From: Gemmatimonadota bacterium
GTDB lineage: Bacteria; Latescibacterota; UBA2968; UBA8231
Length of the DNA: 35,451 nucleotides
NCBI GenBank assembly: GCA_038153405.1
Contig: JAYOYH010000047.1
Coordinates: 1 to 35,451, forward strand
Direction: 5' to 3'
Position 1 is the first letter of the stretch. Each line of letters starts with the position of its first letter. A model generated the notes under the pieces. That model was given only the letters and a program-made list of their open reading frames with translations. It was not told the DNA's origin and made no database searches. Both the position numbers and the translations under genes were made by a program. Positions 1 to 8,437 of the stretch are shown piece after piece.

Positions 1-87
1 TGGTGCCGAAGGTGGGACTCGAACCCACACGCCCGCGAAGACACTGGATTTTGAATCCAGCGCGTCTACCAATTCCGCCACTTCGGC
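1..87 (-). tRNA. tRNA-Leu (anticodon CAA)
   Basis: The reverse complement reads GCCGAAGTGGCGGAATTGGTAGACGCG-CTGGA-TTCAAAA-TCCAG-(long variable arm)-GTGGG-TTCGAGT-CCCAC-CTTCGGCA-CCA. It has a 7-bp acceptor stem, a D-loop GG, the TTCGA T-loop, anticodon CAA and an encoded CCA. Confidence 0.97.
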
Positions 88-106
88 TACCGTTTTAGCG
101 CCAACA

Positions 107-135
107 AAAATAAGCCGCCGCTCCACTCCTGTAAA
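107..135 (-). promoter_or_regulatory. Putative sigma70-type promoter for tRNA-Leu
   Basis: Minus strand TTTACA-N17-TATTTT, about 20 nt upstream of the tRNA 5' end. Confidence 0.5.
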
Positions 136-139
136 GAGC

Positions 140-667
140 CTACGGCCTCTCGTCGCGCATCCCCTTGGGCGGTCCGATAATTTCGGCGTAGACGATGGCA
201 TCGCGCGCTTTTTGCGCATCCAAGGTCCAACGGCCCGCGCGGCGGGAGGTGCCCATGGGGCGCCTCCCGCCCGCGCTGTTTGCGCGCTCGTGCAGCACTT
301 CGCTCAAGGACTTACGCGACGACGCAGCGGCGCGCTTCTGCTCGCGCTGAGCGGAATACGTCGCGGTGACAGTGGACTCGGCCTTGTGCTGCGACGATGG
401 GGTGGTACTCTCCCCCAAGCGCTGCACATCGCCAAAGCGGCGCGACAGCACCTCGTCTTCGAAGGGGTCTTTGCCGCCGCCAAACGGCCAGCCCAAGGTC
501 ACTTCTTCCTCCTCTTCCTCCTCTTCCTGTGCGCCGCTTTCCATGCGCTGGGCACGCGCTTGCTGCGCTTCGCGCGCACTTTCCAACTCGCGCTTGCGCT
601 TGCGGCGCTCCAGCAGCGACGAAACGACGCTGAAGAGCATAAAGAGGATGAATAGTAGGATCTCCAC
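140..667 (-). CDS. Membrane-anchored hypothetical protein, positional equivalent of YqfB
   Basis: N-terminal hydrophobic helix, an Arg/Lys-rich segment, a Glu8 run and a C-terminal 'ARDAIVYAEIIGPPK' motif. Its start overlaps the floA stop. Confidence 0.75.
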   Translation of the reverse strand: MEILLFILFMLFSVVSSLLERRKRKRELESAREAQQARAQRMESGAQEEEEEEEEVTLGWPFGGGKDPFEDEVLSRRFGDVQRLGESTTPSSQHKAESTVTATYSAQREQKRAAASSRKSLSEVLHERANSAGGRRPMGTSRRAGRWTLDAQKARDAIVYAEIIGPPKGMRDERP

Positions 668-1659
668 TAATTGTCTTCCTCCGTGTGGCCTTCCTGCGAC
701 CCACTTTCCGATATCGAATCGCGCATATCTGTATCGGCCTGGATATTGCGCATGCGGTAGTAATCCATGATACCCAGATTACCGTTGCGGAACGCCTCGG
801 CCATCGCGCGCGGCACTTCGGCCTCGGCCTCTTTAACCCGCGATTCCATTTCGACAACCTGCGCCGTCATTTCCTGCTCGCGGGCCCGCGCCATAGCGCG
901 GCGCTCTTCTGCCTTGGCGCGAGCGATCATGAGATCGGCCTCGGCCTGATCCGTCTGCAGTTTGGCGCCAATATTCTCGCCGACGTCAACGTCGGCAATA
1001 TCGATCGATAGAATTTCGAAAGCCGTGCCTGAATCGAGTCCCTTTTCAAGCACGCGCTGGGAAATCAGATCGGGATTTTCCAATACTGCTTTATGCGTGT
1101 CGGACGAACCAATCGTCGTAACAATGCCCTCGCCGACGCGTGCGATGATCGTCTCCTCGCCGGCACCGCCGACCAGGCGATCGATATTGGCGCGCACCGT
1201 CACGCGACAGGTTGCCTTCACCTGAATTCCGTCTTTGGCAATAGCGGCAATCAGCGGCGTATTGATGACTTTGGGGTTGACGCTCATCTTGACGGCTTCG
1301 AGCACATCGCGCCCGGCTAGGTCGATACTAGCGGCGCGTTCGAAGGTGAGATCGATATTGGCCTTGTCGGCCGAAATCAGCGCCAAAATAACCGCGTTGA
1401 CATTGCCACCGGCCAGAAAGTGGGCTTCCATGCGATCCAATTCGATATCCAAACCGGCTTTGGTGGCGCTGATCTTTGGGATGATTATCTGGCGCGGCGG
1501 CACCTTGCGCAGTCGCATACCGACGAGATCGCGAAAAATGGCAACTTTAACGCCGGCGAAGTAGGCCGAAATCCACAGGCCGATGGGAATGAAGTAGGTG
1601 AACAACGCCAAGAAGATAACGATGGCGAAGAGCACCACGATTAGAAAGAGTAATTCCAT
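667..1659 (-). CDS. floA: Flotillin-like protein FloA (YqfA/UPF0365 family)
   Basis: Family motifs [73 protein letters not shown] and [28 protein letters not shown]. Confidence 0.95.
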   Translation of the reverse strand: MELLFLIVVLFAIVIFLALFTYFIPIGLWISAYFAGVKVAIFRDLVGMRLRKVPPRQIIIPKISATKAGLDIELDRMEAHFLAGGNVNAVILALISADKANIDLTFERAASIDLAGRDVLEAVKMSVNPKVINTPLIAAIAKDGIQVKATCRVTVRANIDRLVGGAGEETIIARVGEGIVTTIGSSDTHKAVLENPDLISQRVLEKGLDSGTAFEILSIDIADVDVGENIGAKLQTDQAEADLMIARAKAEERRAMARAREQEMTAQVVEMESRVKEAEAEVPRAMAEAFRNGNLGIMDYYRMRNIQADTDMRDSISESGSQEGHTEEDN

Positions 1660-1689
1660 AGCACGCTCCCTTACGAGGAGTTAAGTGTG

Positions 1690-2223
1690 TTAGGACTGCA
1701 GCGACTCGTCGACAGCTCGGATAGCCTCGTGCACAACGACGCGATTGCCGGCCACTCGCACTACTTCGACGGCAGTGCCGCGCTCGACAAAGCTTCCCTC
1801 GGTAACTACATCTACCGACTCTTCGCCTAGCTGGGCGCGCCCGGCCGGGCGGAGCGGCGTCAGCGCCGTGCCGCGCTGCCCAAGCAATGCTTCGCGACCC
1901 GGTTTGACCGAGCTGTACCCCCTGTCGCGCGAAGTAGAGCTGCTGAGCACCAGGCGCTGCCAGCCGCGCATTTTAAGCACTATGCGCACGAGCACGAGCG
2001 TGCCCAATAGGCCGATGCCGGCGACCACGACGGCGGCGAGAAGACCCAATTTTGCGTAGGCGAAATAGACGCCGGCTATGGCGACTAGAAAACCAGTAAT
2101 GCCGAATATGTTGAGGCCGGGAATTACGAAGATCTCCAGCAACATCAGCACAAAGCCCAGCACCAATAGGGCCAACGAATAGGTCCAATGAACCGCACTA
2201 CCGTCGGTCAGTGATTCGACCAT
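1690..2223 (-). CDS. Short NfeD family protein (TM helices + C-terminal OB-fold)
   Basis: Three TM helices including LLEIFVIPG, then the NfeD OB-fold motif G.ALTPLRPAG....DVVTEG.FVE.G..VEVV. Confidence 0.88.
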   Translation of the reverse strand: MVESLTDGSAVHWTYSLALLVLGFVLMLLEIFVIPGLNIFGITGFLVAIAGVYFAYAKLGLLAAVVVAGIGLLGTLVLVRIVLKMRGWQRLVLSSSTSRDRGYSSVKPGREALLGQRGTALTPLRPAGRAQLGEESVDVVTEGSFVERGTAVEVVRVAGNRVVVHEAIRAVDESLQS

Positions 2224-2239
2224 ACCCGCGCCCCCTTAC

Positions 2240-3574
2240 CTAAAACGGACGGACGACGACGCGGTTGCCGCGCGCCTCGACAACCTTGATTGACTGCTGG
2301 GCGTCGACAAAGTCGCCGTCGGTAACCACGTCTACGCGGCGCCCGTCGATTAGGGCAATGCCGGCCGGACGCAGTTCGCTAACAGTGACGCCTTCCTTGC
2401 CTAACAGTTCGTCATCGCGTTCGCGCGAAGAGGAGACATAGCCTTCGGACGAGCGCGTCTCCGCATGCAGTATTAGGCGATTAAAGGCAGCCATACGCGG
2501 CAGCGAGCGCAGCATGACCAGCGACAGCACAAACGCGCCAATCATCGACGCCGACAGCCGCGCAACGATAACCACTATTTCATCGACGCTCCACAGTTGA
2601 AAATCGCCCATCTGCGTAACGACCACACTGCCGAGCATCAACCCCACGCCGACCAGACCGACCAGACCAAAACCCGGTATGGCAATGACCTCAATTACCA
2701 GCAGACCCAAGCCCACGGCAAAGAGCGCCAGTTCCTGCCACTCGGCCAGCTTGACGACGAGGTGGCTGCCAAAGAAAATGGCCAGCGCCACCAGCGCCAG
2801 CGTGCCGCCCAAGCCCCAGCCGGGCGTGCGCACCTCGGCGATTAAGCCAAACATCGCCACCGCCAAGAGAATCGACGTGACAATCGGATGGGTGAGCAGG
2901 CGAACGATGTGCTCGGCCCAATTGAGCTCAATCTTTGTCACGTCGGCATCGCCCAAGTCGTAAATGCGCAGCACATCGCGCAGCGACTCAGCCGTTTCGT
3001 CGGCCATCTCGTAGTTGAGGGCCTGCTCCGTCGTCAGCGTCGCCGGTCTGCCCGCCTCGGCGCTTAGCCCGACAATATCGACGCGCTCGTCGACCATGGC
3101 CTCGGCAATTTTTGCATCGCGCCCGGTGCGCTCGGCCGTGGCGCGCATCTCGGCACGCATATAGGAAGTCACCTTATCGCTGGCCTTCGTGCCCGACCCG
3201 TCGACGGGCGTCGTCGCACCCATAGTGGCGGCCTGCGCCATGACGATTTTATCACAGGCCAGCGAGATCAGCGCACCGGCTGAAATGGCGCGCTTGTTGA
3301 TAAATGCTATGGTCAGCGCTTCGCTATCGAGGATGGCGTCGCGAATCACGGTCGCCGCATCGACGCGGCCGCCAAAGGTGTCGATCTCAAAGACAATGGC
3401 GTCGACGCCGTTGGCTTCCGCATCTTCGATCACGCGCTCGACAAAGGCCGATACGCCGGGATCGATCATTCCTTCGAGTTTCATATCGACGTGGTACACC
3501 GTCTGTGCCCACCCGTTGCCGCAGGGCAACAGCGCCAAGCACAGCAGCAATGCACATCGTGTTAGAGAACGCAT
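2240..3574 (-). CDS. nfeD: Long NfeD (YqeZ/NfeD1b-type) membrane-bound ClpP-like serine protease
   Basis: Signal peptide; crotonase/ClpP-like domain (IDTFGG.VDAA, AISAGALI, IAEAMVD); multiple TM helices; C-terminal SELRPAG...DVVTDG OB-fold. Confidence 0.92.
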   Translation of the reverse strand: MRSLTRCALLLCLALLPCGNGWAQTVYHVDMKLEGMIDPGVSAFVERVIEDAEANGVDAIVFEIDTFGGRVDAATVIRDAILDSEALTIAFINKRAISAGALISLACDKIVMAQAATMGATTPVDGSGTKASDKVTSYMRAEMRATAERTGRDAKIAEAMVDERVDIVGLSAEAGRPATLTTEQALNYEMADETAESLRDVLRIYDLGDADVTKIELNWAEHIVRLLTHPIVTSILLAVAMFGLIAEVRTPGWGLGGTLALVALAIFFGSHLVVKLAEWQELALFAVGLGLLVIEVIAIPGFGLVGLVGVGLMLGSVVVTQMGDFQLWSVDEIVVIVARLSASMIGAFVLSLVMLRSLPRMAAFNRLILHAETRSSEGYVSSSRERDDELLGKEGVTVSELRPAGIALIDGRRVDVVTDGDFVDAQQSIKVVEARGNRVVVRPF

Positions 3575-3613
3575 GATGTTCTATTCCATAGTATTGGTGT
3601 TCGAGTAAACTAG

Positions 3614-3643
3614 ATTGTACTCCAATTGCAGTGGGGTTGTCAA
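3614..3643 (-). promoter_or_regulatory. Sigma70-type promoter for the nfeD-floA operon
   Basis: Minus strand TTGACA-N18-TACAAT, 40 nt upstream of the nfeD start. Confidence 0.7.
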
Positions 3644-3653
3644 CTTCACTGCG

Positions 3654-3682
3654 TTGACGCCCATCTGGGGGCGTTCTATCTT
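3654..3682 (+). promoter_or_regulatory. Sigma70-type promoter for the amidohydrolase
   Basis: TTGACG-N17-TATCTT, followed by RBS-like AAGGA/AGGA before the ATG at 3728. Confidence 0.65.
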
Positions 3683-3727
3683 CTGGCCGTCGCGCCATTT
3701 AGGCTCAATAAAAAGGACAGGACAACT

Positions 3728-4990
3728 ATGCCCGACAAGCTCGATTTGCTTATCAAAGGCGGTCACGTAATCGATCCAGCCAACGAGATCGACGGAGTGC
3801 GAGACGTCGGTATCAAGCACGGCCGCATTGCTCGTGTAGAGGAAAATATTCCCGCTGACGAGGCGGTCAAACTCATCGATGCAAGCAATTTAGTCGTCAC
3901 GCCAGGCCTGATCGATATACACGTGCACGCCTACCACACGCGCCCGGCGGAAGTGAGCATGGTCGGCTCACTGCACGCCGACGCGCACTTTCTCAAGGAG
4001 GGGGTGACCACCTGCGCCGATACGGGCACGGCCGGGGCCGACGAAATCGACCATTTTCGCGAGTCCGTCATCGACAAAGCTAAAACGCGCATCCTCGCCT
4101 ACGTCAACATTGCCGCGCCCGGCATGAACAGCGCCGAGCAGGTCATCTCCAACTTCGACGCCAAGCGAGCAGCCGAAGCCGCTTCGGCGCACGATGACGT
4201 CGTCGTCGGCATTAAGACGGCGCACTATTGGACCAGCGAGCCGTTCGACGCCGAACACCCGCCTTGGGAATCGGTCGATAAGGCGGTAGAGGCCGGCGAG
4301 TTGTGCAAGATGCCGGTAATGGTCGACTTCTGGCCGCGCCCGCCCGAACGCTCTTACGACGATCTGATTCTCAAGCATCTGCGCCCCGGCGATATCCACA
4401 CTCACGTCTTTGCGCGCCAGTTTCCCGTCGTCGATGAAAACGGCAAAGTGTACGAGTACATGCGCGCGGCACGCGCCCGCGGCATCCACTTTGATTTGGG
4501 CCACGGGGCGGCCAGCTTCTGGTATCGCAATGCCGTGCCGGCCATGCAAGACAAATTCCCGCCCGATTCGATTAGCACCGATCTGCACATGGGCAATATC
4601 AACGGCCACGTGCACAGCATGCTCGACACCATGTCCAAGTGCATGGCGATGGGCATGCCCCTGCAAGAGGTCATCTACCGCTCTACCGTCACACCGGCAC
4701 GCGCGCTGCGGCGCCCGCAGTTGGGCAATCTGAGCATTGGCGCCGAAGCCGACCTAGCCATCTTGGGCGTGCTGCAGGGCAGCTTCTGCTACCGCGACTG
4801 CGGCTGGGGGGTGCTCGAAAGCGATTATCGCCTCGAATGCGCGCTGACGCTGCGCGCCGGACAGGTTGTCTGGGATCGCCATGGCCTGACCTGCCCCCAT
4901 TTTACGCAGGCACCGGAGGATTCCGGCTATTGGGACATCCCCGAAACGCCGGTACCCGTGCCGCGCCTGTGGAGGGCCGACGACGAATGA
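3728..4990 (+). CDS. Amidohydrolase/deacetylase family metallohydrolase (dihydroorotase-like)
   Basis: LLIKGGHVIDP, PGLIDIHVH (HxH), GVTTCADTGTAG, GIK, LRPGDIHTH, FDLGHG, ISTDLH. Start moved to the ATG at 3728 because of the RBS. Confidence 0.9.
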   Translation: MPDKLDLLIKGGHVIDPANEIDGVRDVGIKHGRIARVEENIPADEAVKLIDASNLVVTPGLIDIHVHAYHTRPAEVSMVGSLHADAHFLKEGVTTCADTGTAGADEIDHFRESVIDKAKTRILAYVNIAAPGMNSAEQVISNFDAKRAAEAASAHDDVVVGIKTAHYWTSEPFDAEHPPWESVDKAVEAGELCKMPVMVDFWPRPPERSYDDLILKHLRPGDIHTHVFARQFPVVDENGKVYEYMRAARARGIHFDLGHGAASFWYRNAVPAMQDKFPPDSISTDLHMGNINGHVHSMLDTMSKCMAMGMPLQEVIYRSTVTPARALRRPQLGNLSIGAEADLAILGVLQGSFCYRDCGWGVLESDYRLECALTLRAGQVVWDRHGLTCPHFTQAPEDSGYWDIPETPVPVPRLWRADDE

Positions 4991-6000
4991 GCGGCACGCT
5001 CGGTTTAGCGCTCAGCCTGCTGGCGTATGTCGTTCTGGCCCTCTACAATCTAGAGCCGGCCACGCTCAGCACGGGCGAGGAACACCTGCTACAGCGCGCC
5101 TCCGAGCCCCTACAGACGATTCTTGCCAACGGGCATAGCCCGCTCTACCTGCTGCTGATCAAAGCGTGCAGTGGAGGCGAGAGCGCCCTCTGGCTGCGCA
5201 TGCCGGGACTCCTTTGCGGCCTGATCGCCCTAGTCGTTGGCGCGCGCATGCTGCGCGGCCTCGTCGGAGCCCACGCCGCGCCCGGCGCACTGCTCCTGCT
5301 GGCCACCTCTCCCTTGCTCGCCGCGCAAGCCCGCGCCCTGTCGCCTGCCACCCTGGCCCTCCTGCTGGTCGCCCTCAGCTATGCGCTGTTCTGGGAATAC
5401 CTGCGCAGCGGCAAGCCGAGCGTTCTCATTGGATGGATCGGCGTCTCTGCTCTGTCGTTCGGCGCACAGCCCAGTTTGGTTTTCCTCCCCCTGCTGCAAA
5501 GCGCCGTTGCGCTCTTCTACCGAGCGCGCTACCCGCAGCGCCAAGTGCTCTGGTGGGCGGCACAGGTAATCGTGCTGGCCCTTTTCGCCTTTGTTTTTTG
5601 GCAACCCGTCATTCACCTTATGAGCGACCACTGGACGCATCTGCACGCCGGTCAGTGGGTGCGGTTGCTGCCCACATTCTGCCTGCTCAGCACCAACCTC
5701 TACCTGCCGCAGGCGCTGGTCGGCACCTTGCTTTTCGCCCTGCTGACAGCGGCCGGCCTGCGCGCCTGCGCCGACTGGCGCAAAGACGCGCGGCACGGAC
5801 TGCTAATCGCTGGCCTGCTCGTTCCCTGTGTGACCTATGCGCTCACCCAGCACGGCACACCCCTACTGCTCAGCGCCCTGCCCTCCCTGTGTGGATTGGC
5901 CTCTATGGGGCTGCGCCTCTTCCCGCGGTGGGTGCGCCAAGGGCTGTGGGCCGCCGTTGCCGCTTCCTATAGCTGGAGCTATTGGAATCTCTATGCTTAG
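4987..6000 (+). CDS. Polytopic membrane protein, weakly GT-C (PMT_2/GT39-like) glycosyltransferase
   Basis: ATGA overlap with the upstream stop, about 10 hydrophobic segments, and motifs 'HSPLYLLL' and 'ESALWLRMPG' resembling HPPLY / E..LR.PS of PMT_2-like proteins. Confidence 0.6.
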   Translation: MSGTLGLALSLLAYVVLALYNLEPATLSTGEEHLLQRASEPLQTILANGHSPLYLLLIKACSGGESALWLRMPGLLCGLIALVVGARMLRGLVGAHAAPGALLLLATSPLLAAQARALSPATLALLLVALSYALFWEYLRSGKPSVLIGWIGVSALSFGAQPSLVFLPLLQSAVALFYRARYPQRQVLWWAAQVIVLALFAFVFWQPVIHLMSDHWTHLHAGQWVRLLPTFCLLSTNLYLPQALVGTLLFALLTAAGLRACADWRKDARHGLLIAGLLVPCVTYALTQHGTPLLLSALPSLCGLASMGLRLFPRWVRQGLWAAVAASYSWSYWNLYA

Positions 6001-6007
6001 CGTAAAA

Positions 6008-6055
6008 TTGCTACAAAGTATTGTTTTAGTTATTTTATGACCATAGTCATAACTA
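6008..6055 (+). promoter_or_regulatory. Putative antitoxin promoter with overlapping palindromic operator
   Basis: TTGCTA-N17-TATTTT (6008-6036), overlapped by the perfect inverted repeat TTATGAC-CATA-GTCATAA (6035-6052). A second pair, TAGTTAT (6027-6033) and ATAACTA (6049-6055), encloses it. Confidence 0.6.
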
Positions 6056-6074
6056 TAGACATGAGGCGATGCTG

Positions 6075-6290
6075 ATGCCCACTGTATCCAAGAGTTTTCT
6101 GAAAGCCCATATGCTGCGCCTCTTTCGCGAGGTCGAACGCAGTGGCGAAGCACTCGTCGTCACCGACAACAATCGACCGGTATTGCAAATTGTTCCCATC
6201 CATCCAGCACAGAGCGTCACGGAGACCTTTGCCGGCCTGGCGGGCACCGTCCGATACAGTTGCTCCATCGATGATCCAACTTCGATATGA
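6075..6290 (+). CDS. Type II TA antitoxin, Phd/YefM family
   Basis: 71 aa with VSKS.LKA.ML..FREVERSGE.LVVTDNNRPVLQIVP, the Phd/YefM N-terminal DNA-binding pattern. GAGG lies 8 nt upstream of the ATG at 6075; 6069 is an alternative start. Confidence 0.85.
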   Translation: MPTVSKSFLKAHMLRLFREVERSGEALVVTDNNRPVLQIVPIHPAQSVTETFAGLAGTVRYSCSIDDPTSI

Positions 6291-6367
6291 GTTTGAGTTG
6301 AAATTGGCTCATTTTTGCCGATTTTACTGAGTCCAGTTGACTATATCCCTCACCGCGGAGAAACACT

Positions 6368-8428
6368 TTGATCTTTATTGATTGGCTAGTACTCGCGCTG
6401 CTGATCGGCTTTATTACCGCCGTCGCACTGAGCACGAGAAAATATATGCAGAGCGTAGCCGATTTCCTCTCGGCCAGCCGCTGCGCCGGCAAGTACCTGC
6501 TGGGGGTGGCAGACGGCATGTCCGGCCTGGGAGCCATCAGCATCATCGCCATCTTTGAGATGACCTATAAGGCGGGCTTTACCGCATCTTGGTGGAAGCT
6601 CATGCTGCTGCCGATCGGCGTCATCATCGCCTCGACCGGTTGGGTGCAATACCGATTTCGCCAGACGCGCGCCATGACCCTAGCCCAGTTTTTCGAAATC
6701 CGCTACAACCGCTCGTTCCGCGTATTCGCCGGCATCGTCGGCTATATCTCAGGCCTGATCAACTTCGCCCTCTTTCCCGCCGTGGGCGGCCGTTTTTTCC
6801 AGTACTACTGCGGCTTTTCGGAATGGCCCGTCGTCGTGCTGGGCACGCAAATCGACCTGACCTATGCCCTCATTATGATCGCCCTGCTCGGCATCTCGCT
6901 GTGGTTCACCTTCATGGGCGGGCAAATCGCCGTCATGGTCACCGACTTTATTCAGGGCATGTTCGTCAATATCGTCTTCGTCCTGCTGGGCATCTACATG
7001 CTCTTTTTCCTCTTCGATTGGGACACCGTCATCGCCGCTGCGATCCAGTATGCTCCCAGCGACGCCTCTCTGATCAATCCGGCCAAGACCGGCGGCACGG
7101 ATAATTTTGGCCCCGACTACTTCCTCATCTCAGCATTTTCCTCGTTTTACTGCTATATGGCCTGGCAGGGCAGTCAGGGCTACTTTAGTTCGGCGCGCTC
7201 GCCGCACGACGCGCGCATGGGACGCGTTATCGGCCAGCTGCGCAACATCACCCAAACGCTGCCGCTGGCCCTCTTGCCCGTTTGCGCGTTTGCCTTTTTG
7301 CACCATCCAGACTGGGCCACGCAGGCGCAGGCCGCCCACGACACGCTGGCCGGCATTGACAACGAGCAGATTCGCACCCAGCTCACCGTCACAGTGGCCA
7401 GCGCGCACTTCTTGCCGCCGGGCATCATGGGCCTCTTCGCCGCGGTTATGCTGGCGGCCTTTATATCGACGCACGACACCTACCTCCATTCGTGGGGTTC
7501 CATCTTTATTCAAGACGTCATCATGCCCCTGCGCCAGACTTTTTTCGGCGACAAGGTGATGGCGCCGCAGACGCACGTGCGCCTGCTAAAAGCCTCCATA
7601 TTCGGCGTTTGCTTGTTCATCTTCTTCTTCAGCCTACTCTTTGGCCAGCAGCAGGACATCTTAATGTTCTTTGCCCTGACCGGCACCATTTACCTCGGCT
7701 GGGCCGGATCGGCCATTATCGGCGGGCTCTACTGGAAGCGCGCTAGCGCCAACGGCGCGTGGGCGGCAAGCATCATCGGCGTCGCGTTGGCCATTGCCGG
7801 CTGGTACGTGACCTATGAATGGGCATCCAGCCAGCAGCTCATCGCCCAGCTCTTTCCCGCCGATTGGGCGGCCCAAGCGGCCGAGTGGGAAAAGTTTCCC
7901 ATCAACGCACAGCACCTGTTTTTCTGGACCATGCTGACGACGCTGTGCATCTTCGTCGTCGTTTCGCTCCTCGATGGCCAGGAGTTTGACATGGACCAGC
8001 TCCTGCATCGCGGTGCCTATGCCGTAGAGGAGGACAGCGCACCAATCAAGCCCAACGCCCCGAGTCGCGGCTTCGGCATTTTCAAAATGGGTCCGGAGTT
8101 CGCCCGCGACGACAAGCTGCTGTTCATGGGTTCCTACGCCTACATATTTCTGTTCTTTGCGGCATTTATCATCGGCACCATTTACATGTTGAGCACCGAC
8201 ATCGCCGACGAAACCTGGGGCGCGTTCTGGTGGTACTTCTGCGTGGTCATCCTACTTATGACCACGGCAGTAACCGTCGTAGTCTGCGTAGGGGGCATTA
8301 AAAACCTGCGCGAACTCTACGCGATGCTGCAGACCGTGCGACGCGACGCTGCCGACGACGGCACCGTCGTCGGCAGCCGTAGCCTGGCCGACGTGCACTC
8401 GGCGGGGGGCGCCGCCAAAGACAAGTAG
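6368..8428 (+). CDS. Sodium:solute symporter (SSS/SLC5-like) family protein
   Basis: IDW at the N-terminus, DFLSASR.AGKY, R.RQTRAMTLAQFFEIRY, GGQIAVMVTDFIQG, GLFAAVMLAAFIST.D, GGLYWKRA; 13 or more TM segments. TTG start with a GGAG RBS. Confidence 0.93.
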   Translation: MIFIDWLVLALLIGFITAVALSTRKYMQSVADFLSASRCAGKYLLGVADGMSGLGAISIIAIFEMTYKAGFTASWWKLMLLPIGVIIASTGWVQYRFRQTRAMTLAQFFEIRYNRSFRVFAGIVGYISGLINFALFPAVGGRFFQYYCGFSEWPVVVLGTQIDLTYALIMIALLGISLWFTFMGGQIAVMVTDFIQGMFVNIVFVLLGIYMLFFLFDWDTVIAAAIQYAPSDASLINPAKTGGTDNFGPDYFLISAFSSFYCYMAWQGSQGYFSSARSPHDARMGRVIGQLRNITQTLPLALLPVCAFAFLHHPDWATQAQAAHDTLAGIDNEQIRTQLTVTVASAHFLPPGIMGLFAAVMLAAFISTHDTYLHSWGSIFIQDVIMPLRQTFFGDKVMAPQTHVRLLKASIFGVCLFIFFFSLLFGQQQDILMFFALTGTIYLGWAGSAIIGGLYWKRASANGAWAASIIGVALAIAGWYVTYEWASSQQLIAQLFPADWAAQAAEWEKFPINAQHLFFWTMLTTLCIFVVVSLLDGQEFDMDQLLHRGAYAVEEDSAPIKPNAPSRGFGIFKMGPEFARDDKLLFMGSYAYIFLFFAAFIIGTIYMLSTDIADETWGAFWWYFCVVILLMTTAVTVVVCVGGIKNLRELYAMLQTVRRDAADDGTVVGSRSLADVHSAGGAAKDK

Positions 8429-8437
8429 AGCTATATC

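Noticed and set aside
503..528. (TCC/TCT)n trinucleotide-like run
   Set aside because: It only encodes the Glu8 tract with mixed codons, so it is not a phase-variable repeat.
4639..4986. N-terminal extension of the 453-aa ORF
   Set aside because: It overlaps the amidohydrolase and is low-complexity (Arg/Pro/Gly). The ATGA-coupled start at 4987 is more plausible.
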